From: Octopus bimaculoides
Lineage: Eukaryota
Assembly (NCBI RefSeq): GCF_001194135.2
Contig: NC_068983.1
Span: 145,644,778-145,708,777 of the forward strand
Length of the DNA stretch: 64,000 nucleotides
Direction of reading: 5' to 3'
The notes under the pieces were generated by a model. The model was not told where the DNA came from and ran no database searches. It saw only the letters and a list, made by a program, of their open reading frames with translations. The position numbers and the translations under genes were made by a program. Below are positions 37,031 to 51,593 of the stretch, one piece after another (the stretch's first letter is position 1; each line of letters starts with the position of its first letter).

Positions 37031-38475
37031 TTTGTGAATATATAATTATTAACACAGTTTTTCAATCTGGACCTCTTTCCCTTTGAAAGTTTCAAATTTC
37101 TATTTTTAAACTATCAGAGACATTATGATTCTGGGAGGAGTTGGGGAAAGGGAATCTACAAATTTCATTTTTTTTATCTAACAAATATTTCATATTTCTC
37201 AGTGTTTATGAAAGAAATAATGATTGGTATGTATTGTATGTGTGTAGAATCCTCAATGTAAAAAGAAAAATCTTTGCCCACATGTGTACATAGCCAAACC
37301 TCTGTGGTTAAGAAGTTCACTTTACTACCATGTAGTTTTGAATTTAATTTCACTGCAGCTTCAGTATCTTCTGAAGCCTCAAGTTCATTAATTATTTGTG
37401 AGTGAATTTTGTTGATAGAAACTGCAGGAAGTCCATTGTACATGTGTGTTTGTGTGAGCATGTATGCATGTGCATGGAGTTGCATGACTTGATATTCCAT
37501 GCTTGTTACTGTTGGATCAAAATGGTGATAATATTCACATTCCTTATTGACATGATCAGCTACATTGAGCTTTCAGAGACCTGTGCCACAAAAATTCCTT
37601 ATTTGAACAACATCCAGCTGTAAATCCTGCTACAAATAACTTTGTGTCGAACCCATACTAGCATGGAAAAACAGTCATAAAATAAGGAATGAACAAATAC
37701 CTAGAGACCTAGAACTACTTAGATTTATGTCTGGGTGCACAGTCAAACCATTTGGAGAAAAAAAACTCCAGAATCAAACCAAATAATTGGAAATATCTAG
37801 AAGATATTCTGATATGAAAAAAGTCTGTGATTGAAATAGTCTCCAATTATCTTGCTTTTGGTTGCCACAAGGATACTTAACCATGGATTCTTAGAAAGTG
37901 GTAACATGGAAAGTTAGTGACATCAATTTTGCCTAAGAAAAGGAAAGACACATGGCTTAAGTTAATTTCTGCACATGTTCTGATACAGTTTTGGCCATTT
38001 TCTCTACATGCACTTTATAAAAGACTAAAAGATGTGACAAGTTGGTATCTGACTGTCTCTGTCTGTCATTCTGTTCTCCCCCCCCCTCTCCCACACACGC
38101 ATATATTTTATGTTAACAGACAAAACTAAGCTACTCTATTTACAATAGGTCTCATTCATTAGCTGAGAGAACGCCAAATATCTCTAGCCTAATAGTTTTC
38201 AACATTTCTGTTTTGCAATTTCTTGTTTCACAATTCCATTACTTATACAATCTAAATCTTAATGAGAATTTTGAATGAAAACTGCCAGATTGAACATAAC
38301 TTTGAGATTTTAAGGACTGTAATATCAAAGCAAATACTTTGACCAGCTCAGAGTGAAGAATATGGCAGTGATTTATGAGATTTTAACAGAATATGGAGAG
38401 GGTAACACCATATGAAGTTTTGAAGAGAGTTCAATTTGTGACATTCTAGATAATGCTGGTGAAGCCAGCATGATG

Positions 38476-38533
<58 letters not shown>
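38476..38533. repeat. (TAA)n microsatellite
   Basis: Directly visible. Confidence 0.95.
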
Positions 38534-38536
<3 letters not shown>

Positions 38537-39282
38537 CAGCAGCAACAACATTTTATTTGGCCTTTTCTTCTGATATTTGTCCCAGTGTATCAGAAAATGC
38601 AAGATCACAGTGAAGGTTTCTTCCTTTAATAATTTTTGAGATTATGACTGAAGCAAAATCAATATGTGGAATAATTAAAATGGCCGACTATGAATGAGGA
38701 TAAATAGCTGTCCACCTGCTTAGTTGAAATGTGTCCATATCTTTATGGCAATGTAGTGATTATCAAGAATAATCAATTATTGGACACATGAAGTGAACAT
38801 AGTAGCTATAATTATACCATCAGTCCAATGAATAGAAATTGTTTTATGTCCCCAGTGTATCATTCTTATCAGTGACCAAAAGTGATTGAGATATTATCAC
38901 CTTTGTATAAAGCAAGGCCTCTGATTGAAACAATATTGGAAATCTGCCTCATATAATATTGCCCAGGCTGTTGTTGAGTCCCAAGTCAACCTTGATCAAG
39001 CAGGCATTGTAACTGTGACAATGCCATTATTGTAGGGGTCTGAAGGACTGTATTTTAAAGATGGATAATGTAGCTATTTGATGGAAATTTGGTTGGTAGT
39101 TCCAGGAGGATAAACAACTGCATAGAGACTCCCTCTTTGGCTTGTAGAGAACATGTATGGTGGGAGGTTATGATGCGATTTTGAATTTCTCTTTGTATCA
39201 TAATCAATTGATATTTTTTTTTCAACACTGTCCTACTGGTTGAATATCTAGACGTAGATGCCAGAAATGGCAGCATGCCTTT

Positions 39283-39790
39283 CATGTCTGTTTTTCAATA
39301 CTTGCATGGGTTGAACAGGGGCTTCTGTTGCCCTTTGGTACCTCTTTTATGAGTTTCCTCCTCTTGAGATCAGCTTTTTCACTTCTTCCCAAGTCATCCT
39401 AGGTCTTCTCTTCTGCAGATTCTTTTCATTTAGATCTTTTGGCATTTCTTTACTCAAGTGTCTTTCCCCATATGCAAAGTATGTCCAAACCAGCTCAGTC
39501 TTCTCTTGAACATACTTCTGATTCCTCTTATACCCATTTTTTTTTTTTAGCTCATTTGTACTCTGTCCTTCATGTACACCATCATTACACATCCAGTGGA
39601 GCACACTCAGTTTATTTCTTTCATCCATTCATACTTCCTCCGCAATTCAGTGTCAATGTTTCACCATTATGCAACATTATACTTTGTATGCAAGTATCAT
39701 ACACTCACCGATTCACTTGGAGAGAGAGTACCTTTATTGTCAGCAGAGATAATAGCTTCCTGAATTTTTCCATCTTGTTCATACTTAGGA
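39283..39790 (-). mobile_element. Decayed RTE LINE C-terminal fragment
   Basis: Minus ORF ERNKLSVLHWMCND..KRRPRMTWEEV resembles the other RTE C-termini in the window. Confidence 0.8.
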
Positions 39791-40097
39791 TACTATGCTT
39801 TCAGAATACTCTCTTCCACTACTAATCGTGATAAGAAAAGCTGTCAACTACTTCTGTGGAACCCACTTGGCAGGATTTATTTTGTGGATGCACTTGCTGC
39901 TAATTATGTTTGTGCATCTGCTATATATGCAGTCTTCTGTTATGCATCTGTGCACCCATAGTTTAATCTGCATGAAATTCTTATCAGCTCCTTTTCTGCA
40001 TATTGAGAATGGTCGTCACTTCCCCAATAGTTGTAGAATTGTATTTTCTCTTCTAATTAAACTCTTGTCTTTGTTATCTTTTATTCTTATATTTTTA

Positions 40098-40270
40098 CTT
40101 CTTTCAGTCACTGGAATGTGGCCATGCTGGGGCACCGCCTTTGTAGGGTTTTTAGTTGGACAAACCGACCCCACTGCTTATTTTTTAAGTCTGATACTTA
40201 TTCTACCAGTCTCTTTTGCGAAACTGTAAAGTTACAGAGACACAACCAAACCAACATTGATTGACGAGTT
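40098..40270 (-). mobile_element. SINE tail X, running into (AG)n and the 439-N gap (40309-40747)
   Basis: tttcagtcactggaatgtggccatgctggggcaccgcc is the reverse complement of the tail X end. Confidence 0.75.
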
Positions 40271-40271
40271 C

Positions 40272-40308
<37 letters not shown>

Positions 40309-40747
40309 NNNNNNNNNNNNNNNNNNNNNNNNNNNNNNNNNNNNNNNNNNNNNNNNNNNNNNNNNNNNNNNNNNNNNNNNNNNNNNNNNNNNNNNNNNNN
40401 NNNNNNNNNNNNNNNNNNNNNNNNNNNNNNNNNNNNNNNNNNNNNNNNNNNNNNNNNNNNNNNNNNNNNNNNNNNNNNNNNNNNNNNNNNNNNNNNNNNN
40501 NNNNNNNNNNNNNNNNNNNNNNNNNNNNNNNNNNNNNNNNNNNNNNNNNNNNNNNNNNNNNNNNNNNNNNNNNNNNNNNNNNNNNNNNNNNNNNNNNNNN
40601 NNNNNNNNNNNNNNNNNNNNNNNNNNNNNNNNNNNNNNNNNNNNNNNNNNNNNNNNNNNNNNNNNNNNNNNNNNNNNNNNNNNNNNNNNNNNNNNNNNNN
40701 NNNNNNNNNNNNNNNNNNNNNNNNNNNNNNNNNNNNNNNNNNNNNNN

Positions 40748-40955
40748 GTTGCCAGTATCGCCTGACTGGCCTGCGTGCCAGTGACACGTAAAAGCACCCA
40801 CTACACTCTCGGAGTGGTTGGCATTAGGAAGGGCATCCAGCTGTAGAAACTCTGCCAAATCAGATTGGAGCCTGGTGCAGCCATCTGGTTTCACCAGTCC
40901 TCAGTCAAATCGTCCAACCCATACTAGCATGGAGAGCGGACGTTAAACGATGATG
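40748..40955 (+). mobile_element. Young RTE 3' UTR emerging from the gap
   Basis: gccagtatcgcctgactggc hairpin unit, anchor acacgtaaaagcaccc, standard tail. Confidence 0.9.
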
Positions 40956-41939
40956 TTTCAGACATCTGACTGTGGCCATGCTGGATCACTGCCTTTAGTC
41001 AAACAAATCGACCCCAGGACTATATGTTTCCTTTATGATCTCCTGATTCTATGTTTTCTTTCACATATACAGTATCTTCACTAATTCTTTAGGTTGGCTA
41101 GCTGGTTTTAAATTCCTCTGGTTTGATCTGGAGAAGTATAGTAAATAGCAAGAGGGATAAGAACTGAACATAGTGAACTCTCACTTTGCTGAAAGCATTT
41201 CAGTACATGGCTTGCATGACTCCTAGGCCATTCACTTACACCTTGTTTTCTTAGTGATCACCACACTACAGAGCATAGAAGCTATTCAAAGGCTTTCTTT
41301 GGGTGAAGGAATGATAGTTATAATGGTTTGCTTTTTGCTCATAACTTCTCATGTGGCTGTTGCTGGTGGTGGCTGCAGCTTCTGCTGTGTTGGCGTTGTT
41401 GTTTAATATCCATTGCTAGGAAAAGGGCAATGATAGTACCCTGTGCTAGCACAAGTCTGAACTGCAGTTTGCTTTCTAATTATGAGTGGGTGCTGAAAAG
41501 TTGCTGGCTTTAAGGATATCACGAAAGGCCTGGTTAGAGGCCAGCCCTCCAAGTTCTTTCACAGGGCTTTAACTAGAGAAATATTGAGCTTTGTTTTTAA
41601 TAACCAGTTGATCTAGCAAGCGGGGCTCATATCAGTGAGTTTGGCTGGTGCGCATTGATGCCGTCGAGAGGTAGGCCTCGAAACGGTGCGCATTCTCTCC
41701 TGATGACCCCATACACTTGCTGGCTTCCAGTATGCAGAGTTCTCGACTGGTAGCACTTGCATGTGTGAGTTGTTTGCAATATGTGTGTGAATCTGTGAGG
41801 GGAATATGTTGAATAAAATCATAATTAACTGATCCTCCTGTATTTTCTTTTACCCTATGTCAGGAACTTTTCAGCACCTCTTTGTAATTCTTTGTTATTT
41901 TTCTGTTTGACTATTAGTTTTATACCTCTGCAGTTGCTT

Positions 41940-42335
41940 TTACAGTTGTAACAAATGGTAATGACACTGTTACACCAATCATTGAGAATGGTCCTTTTCC
42001 ATTATTACCTAAAGGACTAGTGCATGTCCCACTTGCTAAATATCTTTAGCATTTCTACAGCTTTCCATTACGAACCAGCTGCTTTGCCTGCCTTCATATT
42101 CTAATGGCAATTTTAACCACATACCTGTCAATTTCAATTCCTGGTTCATCTACTGGAATATAGTAATCCCCACCTATCTCTCAAGCATTCTCCTTGTTCA
42201 GCAACCTCATAATAGAATTTCCACTCGTCTTTCCTCATCATGTTAGTGAGTGTGAGCTGCTATTATTCAAGCTTCTCATGCAAACTTCTCACCAGTGACA
42301 TCCTGATTCATGCTGACACTACTACTTTGCAATCC
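41940..42335 (-). mobile_element. Decayed RTE LINE fragment (region upstream of and including RT domain 1)
   Basis: Minus strand reads RLLNKENA..MKAGKAAGS..AVEMLKI..NDWCNSVITICY. Confidence 0.7.
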
Positions 42336-42623
42336 AGAACAACCAGTGCTTCTGATATTCATATTGCAATGTCTTTCCACTGCTTTTCTTACTTTTCACA
42401 CTAATGCATGCAGTGCAAATGATGGATAGGTTTCTGAAGGTTGGTCTGTGAGTAAAAGTGTCAGCTACGCTTAAAGAACTGGAAGTTAGGGTAAAGTGTA
42501 GAGGGTGCGCTGCATGATATAACATTAATTTGTGTGCTGGATATATTCTTTTATTGAGTCAATAGAAATGTAAAAAATATTGACACTAGTGTTTTGGAAG
42601 TGATGTCAGTCAAATTGTGTGCC

Positions 42624-42691
<68 letters not shown>

Positions 42692-42814
42692 CATGTTGGG
42701 TCTAAAGTTAAGAATATAAAAACAAACAAGCCCTTAAATGTATACCATGGGGTGATGTTCTCTAAGCAAAAATAAATATTGTCCACCTGTTGAAATATCA
42801 CTCATATATATATG

Positions 42815-43192
42815 TGCAGACATTGCTGTGTGGTTAAGAAGTTCACTTTGCAATGATGGGTTTTTGAGTTCAGTTCCTACTGTGCAGAGCACCTTGGTAA
42901 GTGTCCTCTACTCCAGACTTGCAAATGCCTTGTAAAGTGAATTTGGTAAATGGAAACTGTGTGGAAGTGTGTGTGTGTGTGTGTATTTTCCCTCATATTT
43001 GTTTGTTCCCTCCACCCTTAACAACTGGTGTTGATGTATTTATGTCCCTATAACTTAGTGGTTCAACAAAATGGATCAATAGAATAAATACCAGACTCAA
43101 GAAAAAAGTACTGGGGCCAATTTGTTCAGCTAAATACTTCTGGGTGTTGCCCCAACATGACTGCAGTCCAATGGCTGAAATAAAGAAAAGAC
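42815..43192 (+). mobile_element. SINE: head D + (TG)n + tail X; (TG)n tract at 42627-42688 upstream
   Basis: gtgtggttaagaagttc head; cagtccaatggctgaaa end. Confidence 0.75.
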
Positions 43193-44235
43193 AACTGATG
43201 AAGATATATTGCGTGTCATTATATAAGCTCTTGCTTTGTAAGATTAGGATTATTTAGCTACTTAGCTAATTGATTTATGTCATTTCCCCTTCTGCACTCT
43301 TCTATGAAAATGTTGCATTGTAAATGTAATTCTCCCCACTGAGAATTGAACCTTGCACCTTTTTGTTTGTCTAGCCAGCAGGGGATATATAGGTTTTGAA
43401 TACCATCATATGTCATTGCATATTTTATTTTCAATTGTCATGTTTACCTTTACCTGTTTGTTTATAGTTATTCTCAACCATTATCATATTTTATCATTTG
43501 TAGATACACATTCACAAACCTGTGTTTCTGTACATAGAAATACACGCATTCACTTCAATTATTCTTTTATCATTTTGCTAATTTTAGTCATTCAGCTGTG
43601 ACCACACTAGGACATTGGCTTTTCAGAGCTTTTAATTGATTATTTTGCTGAGTTTGTGTGTTAAGAGATATAACCAAATACCACCAGTTATTTTCTCTGA
43701 TACTCCACCAATTTTGCCACCCACTTTGTGTGTATAAACATGTGCATGTACGTGCATACATAAGTGTATAAATAAACACATGCATGCGCGTGCATATATC
43801 AATCATTATTACTTCATGTCTGCTTTTCATGCTGGCATGAGTTGAATGCTTTGATAGGATCAAATGCATTGTAGGACATTCTCTTGTTCCAGTGTCTCAG
43901 TTTTGGCATAGCTTCTGCTCCTGGGTGCTCTTCCTAATACCAATAATTACTATAAAACAAATTTTTAATTTTGGGAAGAATTTTGGATATATATATCGGG
44001 TAATTTGAGTTATGTGAGAAACAAATTATACCAGTGAGTGAGCCTCTAATGTGGTCACTTCACTGGTTGTAATTAGTAGATCTTGAAACTGCATCGTGCT
44101 GCCTTAAAACAACCAAAGACATGAGTCATTGTAATTCTTGATATACAAAAAGATAAGATGGTCATAGCTGGAGCACTTTTAATCATATTTCTTGGTCAAT
44201 CAATTTAGACTCTGAACTAAACAATGAAAGACAAA

Positions 44236-44279
<44 letters not shown>

Positions 44280-45189
44280 TGCACACACAATTGGGTTATT
44301 ATATAAAAACTGAAATCACTTAAGCAAGGAGAATCGAATATTATAGAAATATATTTATGCATGTAGTTACATAGAAGCCAATTGTCTTTTTAATATATTG
44401 GTAATTTTAATGGTTAGTGGCATAAAATACACTCATTCAAATACTATGCATACACACACATTGTAAAGAAACTCAATTTCTATCAGATATTGGTGTTTAT
44501 AATAGTTAGTGGTGCAAAGTACATTTAAATAGTGGACCACACAGTTATATAAAATTGCTTGTGTAGTCCTTTAGTTAGTCCTTAAAGCTAATAAAGATAC
44601 AAAATCATACATAGTGCAAATAATGATTTTTTTTTCGAAATCGTTATTCATAGCTGAAATCCTGCCAAAACAAAAATATAAAAAGGGAAAGAGATGAAAA
44701 GTGGAGACACGGACATTACAAACCCCTTGGTACAGGCAGCCTGTGTAGGAGAACGTAAACTTTGAATAAACTACAGTTAGTCCATGTTATATAGTGGTAG
44801 GAAACAAAAGGAGTATCCAGTTGATTGAGCGGGTGGGTAGGTGGGTGTTTAGATGGTGAGGCACACAAAAGATGGCTTGTTTTACCTACTGCTGTGTATG
44901 CTACTTGATGAAAGATTCATAACATGTGTTGCAAGACAAGAGATCCTTCTTACTCATGCTGGAATCGAAAAGTAGATGTAAAATAGTGATAAATACAACT
45001 GAAACTATAAATGATTATTATTACTAATATGATAATTTTAAGTGGTTTTTGTCACTGTTGTTGCTGTTGTTGTTTAGTCTTTAACCAACTCTAATTGAGC
45101 AGAGCAATGATCAAAGACATTTCAGCCTTGATCATCATGTCTTTTCAGGAAAATAGATTACATTATCTAGTATGTCCTTTGTATATTAT

Positions 45190-45562
45190 TGTCATGGCAC
45201 CTGTGCCCAGCAACGCCTTCCTGGCGCTTGTGCCGGATGGCATGTGTAAAGACATTCGAGCGAGATCATTGCCAGTGCCGCCGAACTGGCTCCTGTGCAG
45301 GTGGCATGTAAAATACACCATTTTGAGCATGGCCGTTGCCAGTACCACCTGTTTGGCCTTCGTGCCGGTGGCACGTAAAAGCACCCACTACACTCTTGGA
45401 GTGGTTGGCGTTAGGAAGGGCATCCAGCTGTAGAAACTCTGCCAAATCAGATTGGAGCCTGGTGTAGCCATCTGATTTCACAAGTCCTCAGTCAAATCGT
45501 CCAACCCATGCTAGCATGGAGAGCGGACGTTAAACGACGACGACGATGATGATGATGATGAT
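45190..45562 (+). mobile_element. Young RTE 3' UTR with about three hairpin units
   Basis: gtgccggtggcacgtaaaagcaccc anchor with CpGs intact; (GAC)n(GAT)n tail. Confidence 0.9.
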
Positions 45563-46079
45563 ATTTTATCTTGGTGGTGTGTGATTCAAAGGAGATTTGG
45601 TTGTGCTGTATCTTATAGGTTGAGCAACTACATAGAAGACTGGGTTTCTTTTTCCAGTAATTTTGAACCTTGGTAGTCTTCAGTTAATGATGTGCATAGG
45701 ATCTTTCCCTATATACAGCTGGTCCTTGATTTATGGTAACAAGTAATTGGAATATAATTTCTCATTCGCATAGAAACTCCATTAAGTCATTAGTAAACTG
45801 GCATAGCTATGGAAGATATATTCTTAGAAGGAACTGTTCTTTCACTTTTTTTATTTGAATTAAAATTACAGTTTTGCACTGTGTGCATGCATGCCCTCCC
45901 CCCGCATACATGTAACAGTTAGCCTGTGTGCGTATATGTACATACACACATTTACACATGTATACACATAAATTTTATAATTGTCATTTATGGAGTAGTA
46001 AGCATTCGATCAACCTGCTAAGTGCTTGTTATAGAATAGAAAAATTAACTAAGTGACCTTTCCATGTTGTATAAGAATA

Positions 46080-46288
<209 letters not shown>

Positions 46289-47133
46289 GGGTGAGGGAAT
46301 CGTTCTGGAGATGGAAATTGATTCTCACTATATCATTGCTATTTAATTTTCATTTCTAAATACTACTTTAAAAACCCTTTATGTTTGTACTCTTTAACAG
46401 AAATAACTGTTGTGATAGATGTTGATAACAAGCTGATTGCCATCTCCTTATCTACCCGTCCCACTTTATCTGTCTCTACCTCAACACACAATCTCCTTGA
46501 TAAGATCAAGGTGGTTTGAGATTTCTATACTATTTATCATTAACCTCCTTTTATAGTTTTTTTTTTTAAATACTGGTGAAGAGATTGATCTCTTTACCTG
46601 TGTTTTATTATTCATGTGCTCTATTTGTATACATAAAGCATATTTCTTAACTGAGTTTGAACACACAATCTTTATATTATCTAAGTCAGTTTCAATCCAC
46701 TCAACTACCATGTTACAGCATTAGGAGAAAAGGCTATTGTGAAACTTGTTGCAACCTAACAATCACTTGTGTGTGTGTTTGTATGTGTGTTTGTGTGTTA
46801 TATCTAACCAGAACAACTGCATTAATAAAGGTCAGTGAAATATTCTCACAGACTCGACTAACACACTGATTCTTCATACATTCTTGATCTTTTTCTCACT
46901 TCCAAATCTTACCATGTCCATCTCTCCCCCATTAGATCATCTGACCATCATCTAATTAACACAAAACAATTCTTACTACACAATAGCCCCTTCCTCAAAA
47001 TCTGCTGGTACTTTAAGTCACTGCTTCATAAAGTTCTAGTCTGGCTCTTCTTTACTGAAATGTGCTTCACTTCAAACACTTCCACGACAACAAAAGTGGT
47101 GACTGAGATCACTTTATCACCCATCATCTTTAA

Positions 47134-47336
47134 ACCTTTAGCATTTAAACTGGCCACATCCAGCCCAAATATTCCACCTGTTTTATGTTCAAACTGGCCA
47201 GATCCAGCCTGTCATTCTAAAAAATAAACTATCACATCTTTGGAATTTCAAAGCTACAGGATAATGTTATCATTAATTCAAAACATTGAGGATAAGTAAT
47301 TGTTACATTTGACAGAGTTATCTGAATGCTAAAGGG
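47134..47336 (+). mobile_element. piggyBac-type MITE family 1 with an internal deletion (203 bp)
   Basis: TTAA|ACCTTTAGCATT ... AATGCTAAAGGG|TTGA. Confidence 0.85.
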
Positions 47337-48899
47337 TTGAAGAGGTTTGTTCTGCAGAGATTAGGGGGTCCATGTAAGACTGGTGTAGTCCATGATGTAT
47401 CTAACGTATTGTTAGTAAATGACTGTTACTTCTTTCTTTTGGTCATATATATTGCCTGAAGTTGTGTGTTATTTTGCTTTCTTTACTGTCTTCTCTGTGT
47501 AATGTGATTGTTATGAACAAGTTATATGTTAACTCTGCTATTTTGGTCCTCTATGTGTGGTGTATTTATATTGTCAAATGCAATGGTCAATTGTATTTGA
47601 TGTTCTTTGGTGTTGCTAGTAAGAACAGAGATAGTTTTTGTAGTTACTTTTTAAACTCTATTACTGTGGGACCAGATTTCCAAGTGATTTATGTACAGTT
47701 GGTGTAGTTGTGCTGGAGTATCTAGAAAATGGCAGCAGGCTGTGCTTTTTTTCTTTTTTTAATCTATGTATGAGGCCATCTGTATATTTTCTGGAAGTAT
47801 GAGAAGGTTGTGTAGATATAGGTTGTGAGAGGACAGAGTCCTGGAGTATTTTATTTGAGAAATTGCAGGTTCTGGAAGTATTGTTCTTGTGTTCCCCATA
47901 GAGTTGGTTACCTGAAAATTGGTTTGTTCGCCAGCATGTCATGTTTTTTAAAAATCTTTTTCAAACCAAGCCATCCGAGACTGCCCTTGTTTCTGTGATA
48001 CAAACTGTTTGTTTTAAAGTGAACATTAAAACCTTCCTTCAAAATTTCATTTTAATTTATGAACCAGACACCAGACGAATAATAACAGGAGTTGTATTTT
48101 CTTTTTTTAAATTTTGCATTATTTTTCAAAATTAATTGAAACTAATATAATAACTAAAGGGTTAAAGTGGTGTTCAGCATTTCTTTTGTACGAGGAGATA
48201 GTTATAGAAGACTTTGTTGATCTCAAAGGTGTATTTACTGTGGTATAGGTGAGAGATTTTTGAGTTGTTGAAGCTGTCTATTTTCTCTTTGTTTGCTAGT
48301 ATCCTGGTCTTTCAGTTTAATATTCTTGTCTTATTGTACATGTGGTTTGTGTATGAACTATAGCACACCTGTGACTTAGAGTGGGGAGATGTGCCAGCAA
48401 TGTCAAGGATTAACCTTTTTAGTAGCTCTGAGAGTTCATAAGAAGATGATGTGTATGATGTTGTTTGTCTTGCTTCTAGATTTTTGTTGGGCATTAGTCG
48501 GGCAGAGTAGTTCTGGATGTTGTTGGGTGATTTCTCTAGTTCCTATGTGTTTTTAGCTGTTTGCTTGTGTTTTGTCTAGTTTCAAGGCTTCAGAGTTGTC
48601 TGTTGTTTTAGAAAGGAGTCTAAATCATTGTATAGCTTAGAAGGTAAGTTCATTTTGTGATATTTCCTCTTTGTAGAAATTTTGGTAGTTGACTTTCAAG
48701 AAATGTTTGATAAGGGTATGTATTTAGTTTTGCAGTTTTTCAGCGTGGTATATTATTTGAATGTGTTATTGTGACATGTAGTGTAATGTAATTATTATTG
48801 TTCATTATACTGGTAATTTACTGTGTCGTATTTTACTGTTAATTTTGTGAATGAAGCGAGATACAAATGTATACCAGTTAACTGTTCTTCTGTAGATTA

Positions 48900-49720
48900 T
48901 TTATTTCTTATATTTCAGTTGCATGTTGTTTTGGTGTTTTAGGTTTGAAGTTCTCCTTAGTGTTTATAAAATTGGCTATATCTTGTGTATTTAGGAATTT
49001 TTTTTATGTTGCATCATTGGATATGTTCTTTTGATGCATATATAAAATTATTTGGTTGAATGTATGAACTTCAGTGATTGTGGTGGTGTTAAATTCTGAA
49101 AAATTTGATTCCATTTCTTGGAAATTGTTCCATTAAGTTTTTCTTAAGAGTTTGTAAAACTGTTTTTGTGGCACACTTGCCCATTGATGTGCAAGTATGT
49201 TGTTTGTGGTGATAATTGGTTGTTGATTCGAGGAAAAATGGAGAATTGTTTGCCATGTGGTTGTGATAGCCAGATATGTAGAAGGTAACGTACGGATAAG
49301 AATTGGTCAACTTGGTTTGGTAAGGTATGTGTTGGCATTTGATTATTTAATATACCAGGAGAGTAGAGTTGTGATGCTATTTATATGTCTTTTTGTTATC
49401 TGTAGCATTCAAAATCTAGGCATCAAATGCATTAAAGTTTTCCTTAATGATGGTGTTTGAGAGAATGATAAAGGTTTCTGGTGTGTACCTAGTGGTTTGG
49501 TTGGTGTGACAGGTTGTGTTGTATATATATTCCTGTTTATTATATTAACAGGTTTCATGTTACTTCTATTTTTGAAAACCTGCATTTGTAGTGTAATGCT
49601 GCTTCCTATTAGTTTATTTGCAAATGCTGTATATATTGAATGCAAGTTTTTATGTATGTTATGGACCATCCCCTTTTGTGGAAGGGTCTGCCTAGTCTGA
49701 TTTGAGTATAATCGAGAACG
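48900..49720 (-). mobile_element. Possible highly decayed Penelope-like element RT (strand-skewed zone about 47400-50180)
   Basis: Minus-strand remnants in the expected order: GRPFHKRG (49666-49695, GLPKIHK-like), NIYTTQPV (SLYTNIP-like), SVRYLLHIW (RYVDDIF-like); strong A+C skew on the minus strand. Catalytic Asp residues are not retained. Confidence 0.4.
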
Positions 49721-51593
49721 GTGAATGTTCTCTGTCCTGGTAGTAAGAATGTTTTTTGACTTATTGCTTCATGAATGATGATAAAATCTTAATTCCATAA
49801 AATTATTTTTAAAGCTGTTAATGTTGTATTGCAGAATATTTTCTTTTTGTCTGTCATATTTACAAAGTCTATATGTTTTCTGTGTGGACTTATGATGTTG
49901 GAAATGGAGAGAACAATGCTATTTCCCATGTTTACACTTGTCATTGCTGTCAGCATTATCATTTTTTAATTTTTTCATTTTCTGCAAAGTTAGGTATTTT
50001 TCTGGATTATTTATAATGGTTGTTGCTTGGTGGTGTTTCATTATTTTGAAGACTTTATATGACACCATAGTAAATGTTTTCAACCATGCTTTATACAGTT
50101 TCAATGTTAAATACCATTCTCACTCTCTGACGGTATTTGTACAAGTGAGAAATACTTTCATATGTTAAGTACACATTATTTGACTTGCATTTTAGTCAAG
50201 ACTATCCTTTCCTGTCGTATTACAAAATTCTGGATATTTAACTATTTTTGAAGATGGTAGAGTTTGATTTGAAAAATACTTAGCTACAGTTTTTTGCAAA
50301 ACAAGCAGCCACGTTGAAGATTTGTAGCTCTTTTTCTTACAAATGTTTACCTCCAGAAATTCATGCTGAACATCCATTGCATCAATCTCACCCTCTTAGG
50401 AAGCACTACAAGGACCATAACTTCTGTATGATTTAGTATGGCTGCCAGCACTCAATTGTGATCAGCTTCCAGCACTATTGAATTTCTGAAACTCTATAAT
50501 CTACCACATATTGAGTTCTTTGAATGAGGGAAGTAGAGGGTGGAGGTGGAAATATTCTCAAGGCAACAGCAGTGGTATTTTTGATATGACTTATTAAAAG
50601 CAAGTTAAATACTAGCAGGAAAATATGTTGTCGTTATCATTCATCATCATGTTTTTCATGCTGGCATGAGTGGAGCATCATGGGTTATTATTTTCAGGCC
50701 CCCCCCCCCAATCTAGCTTAGTTGTAAAATACTTTGTTGTTTTGAAGATATATCAAATGGAAGAAGTATTAAGATGTTAGATTTAGACTCTGGTTCCAGT
50801 AATGAAATCAAAGTCAGGCTGAGTCAGCAGTGGAATGTTAATTTCCTTTAATAGTTCTCTGTATTGAAGATGTGTCTTAAAACAAATCATACTAAATCAT
50901 CAAAAACAAAGATGAAAATCCTATGACTAAATTCTTGAAAAAAAAAAGAAGTGAAGATGAAGATTGTTTTGATGTGTTTTAAAGGCTAGTGGCAAAGAAA
51001 GAAAGGAAGGAAAAAAAAAAAAAACCTCATTATTGTAATTATTTTGTCTTGAACTAGTTTTGTTAGCATTTTCATTCATGAGTATCAAGTTTAAAGCGTT
51101 CCCAAGGAGCTGGCATGGAAATACAAAGAAAATAATGGAGGCTTTGTGAATGGTAGACCCAAACCTCAACTGAAACAAAAATACAAAAGTTTGAAAGGCT
51201 TATTTAAGAGAACTAAAACTGACATATCAAATGGGTTGAATGTTCCCTTTTTATTTCCTTTTGTTCTTCAAACTTTTATATATTTTGTTAGAGCTGAAAA
51301 AAGAAAAAACCTCCAAACCTACTCTTTCTTTAGAGTAATATCATTTTAACTTAGATTTTATGGCTGAATATATCACCAGCCCATTTAAAATACTGATATA
51401 TAAAAATATTTTAAAGTGAAAACCCAGTAACAAGTTGTTAGAGACCCACTGTTTTGTGATATTAAATCACTTACATTACATGTAGTGCCTAGATTGGGTT
51501 TCTCAGTGCTAACCTATCATGTGTAGACATGTCTGTTTAAAAAAAAAAAAGCAAAGAAAATCTCTGTACACTTAACCCTTTAACCTCACTTAA

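Noticed and set aside
40198-40894. Long ORFs of 175-220 aa
   Set aside because: Artefacts of translating through the 439-N gap and (AG)n.
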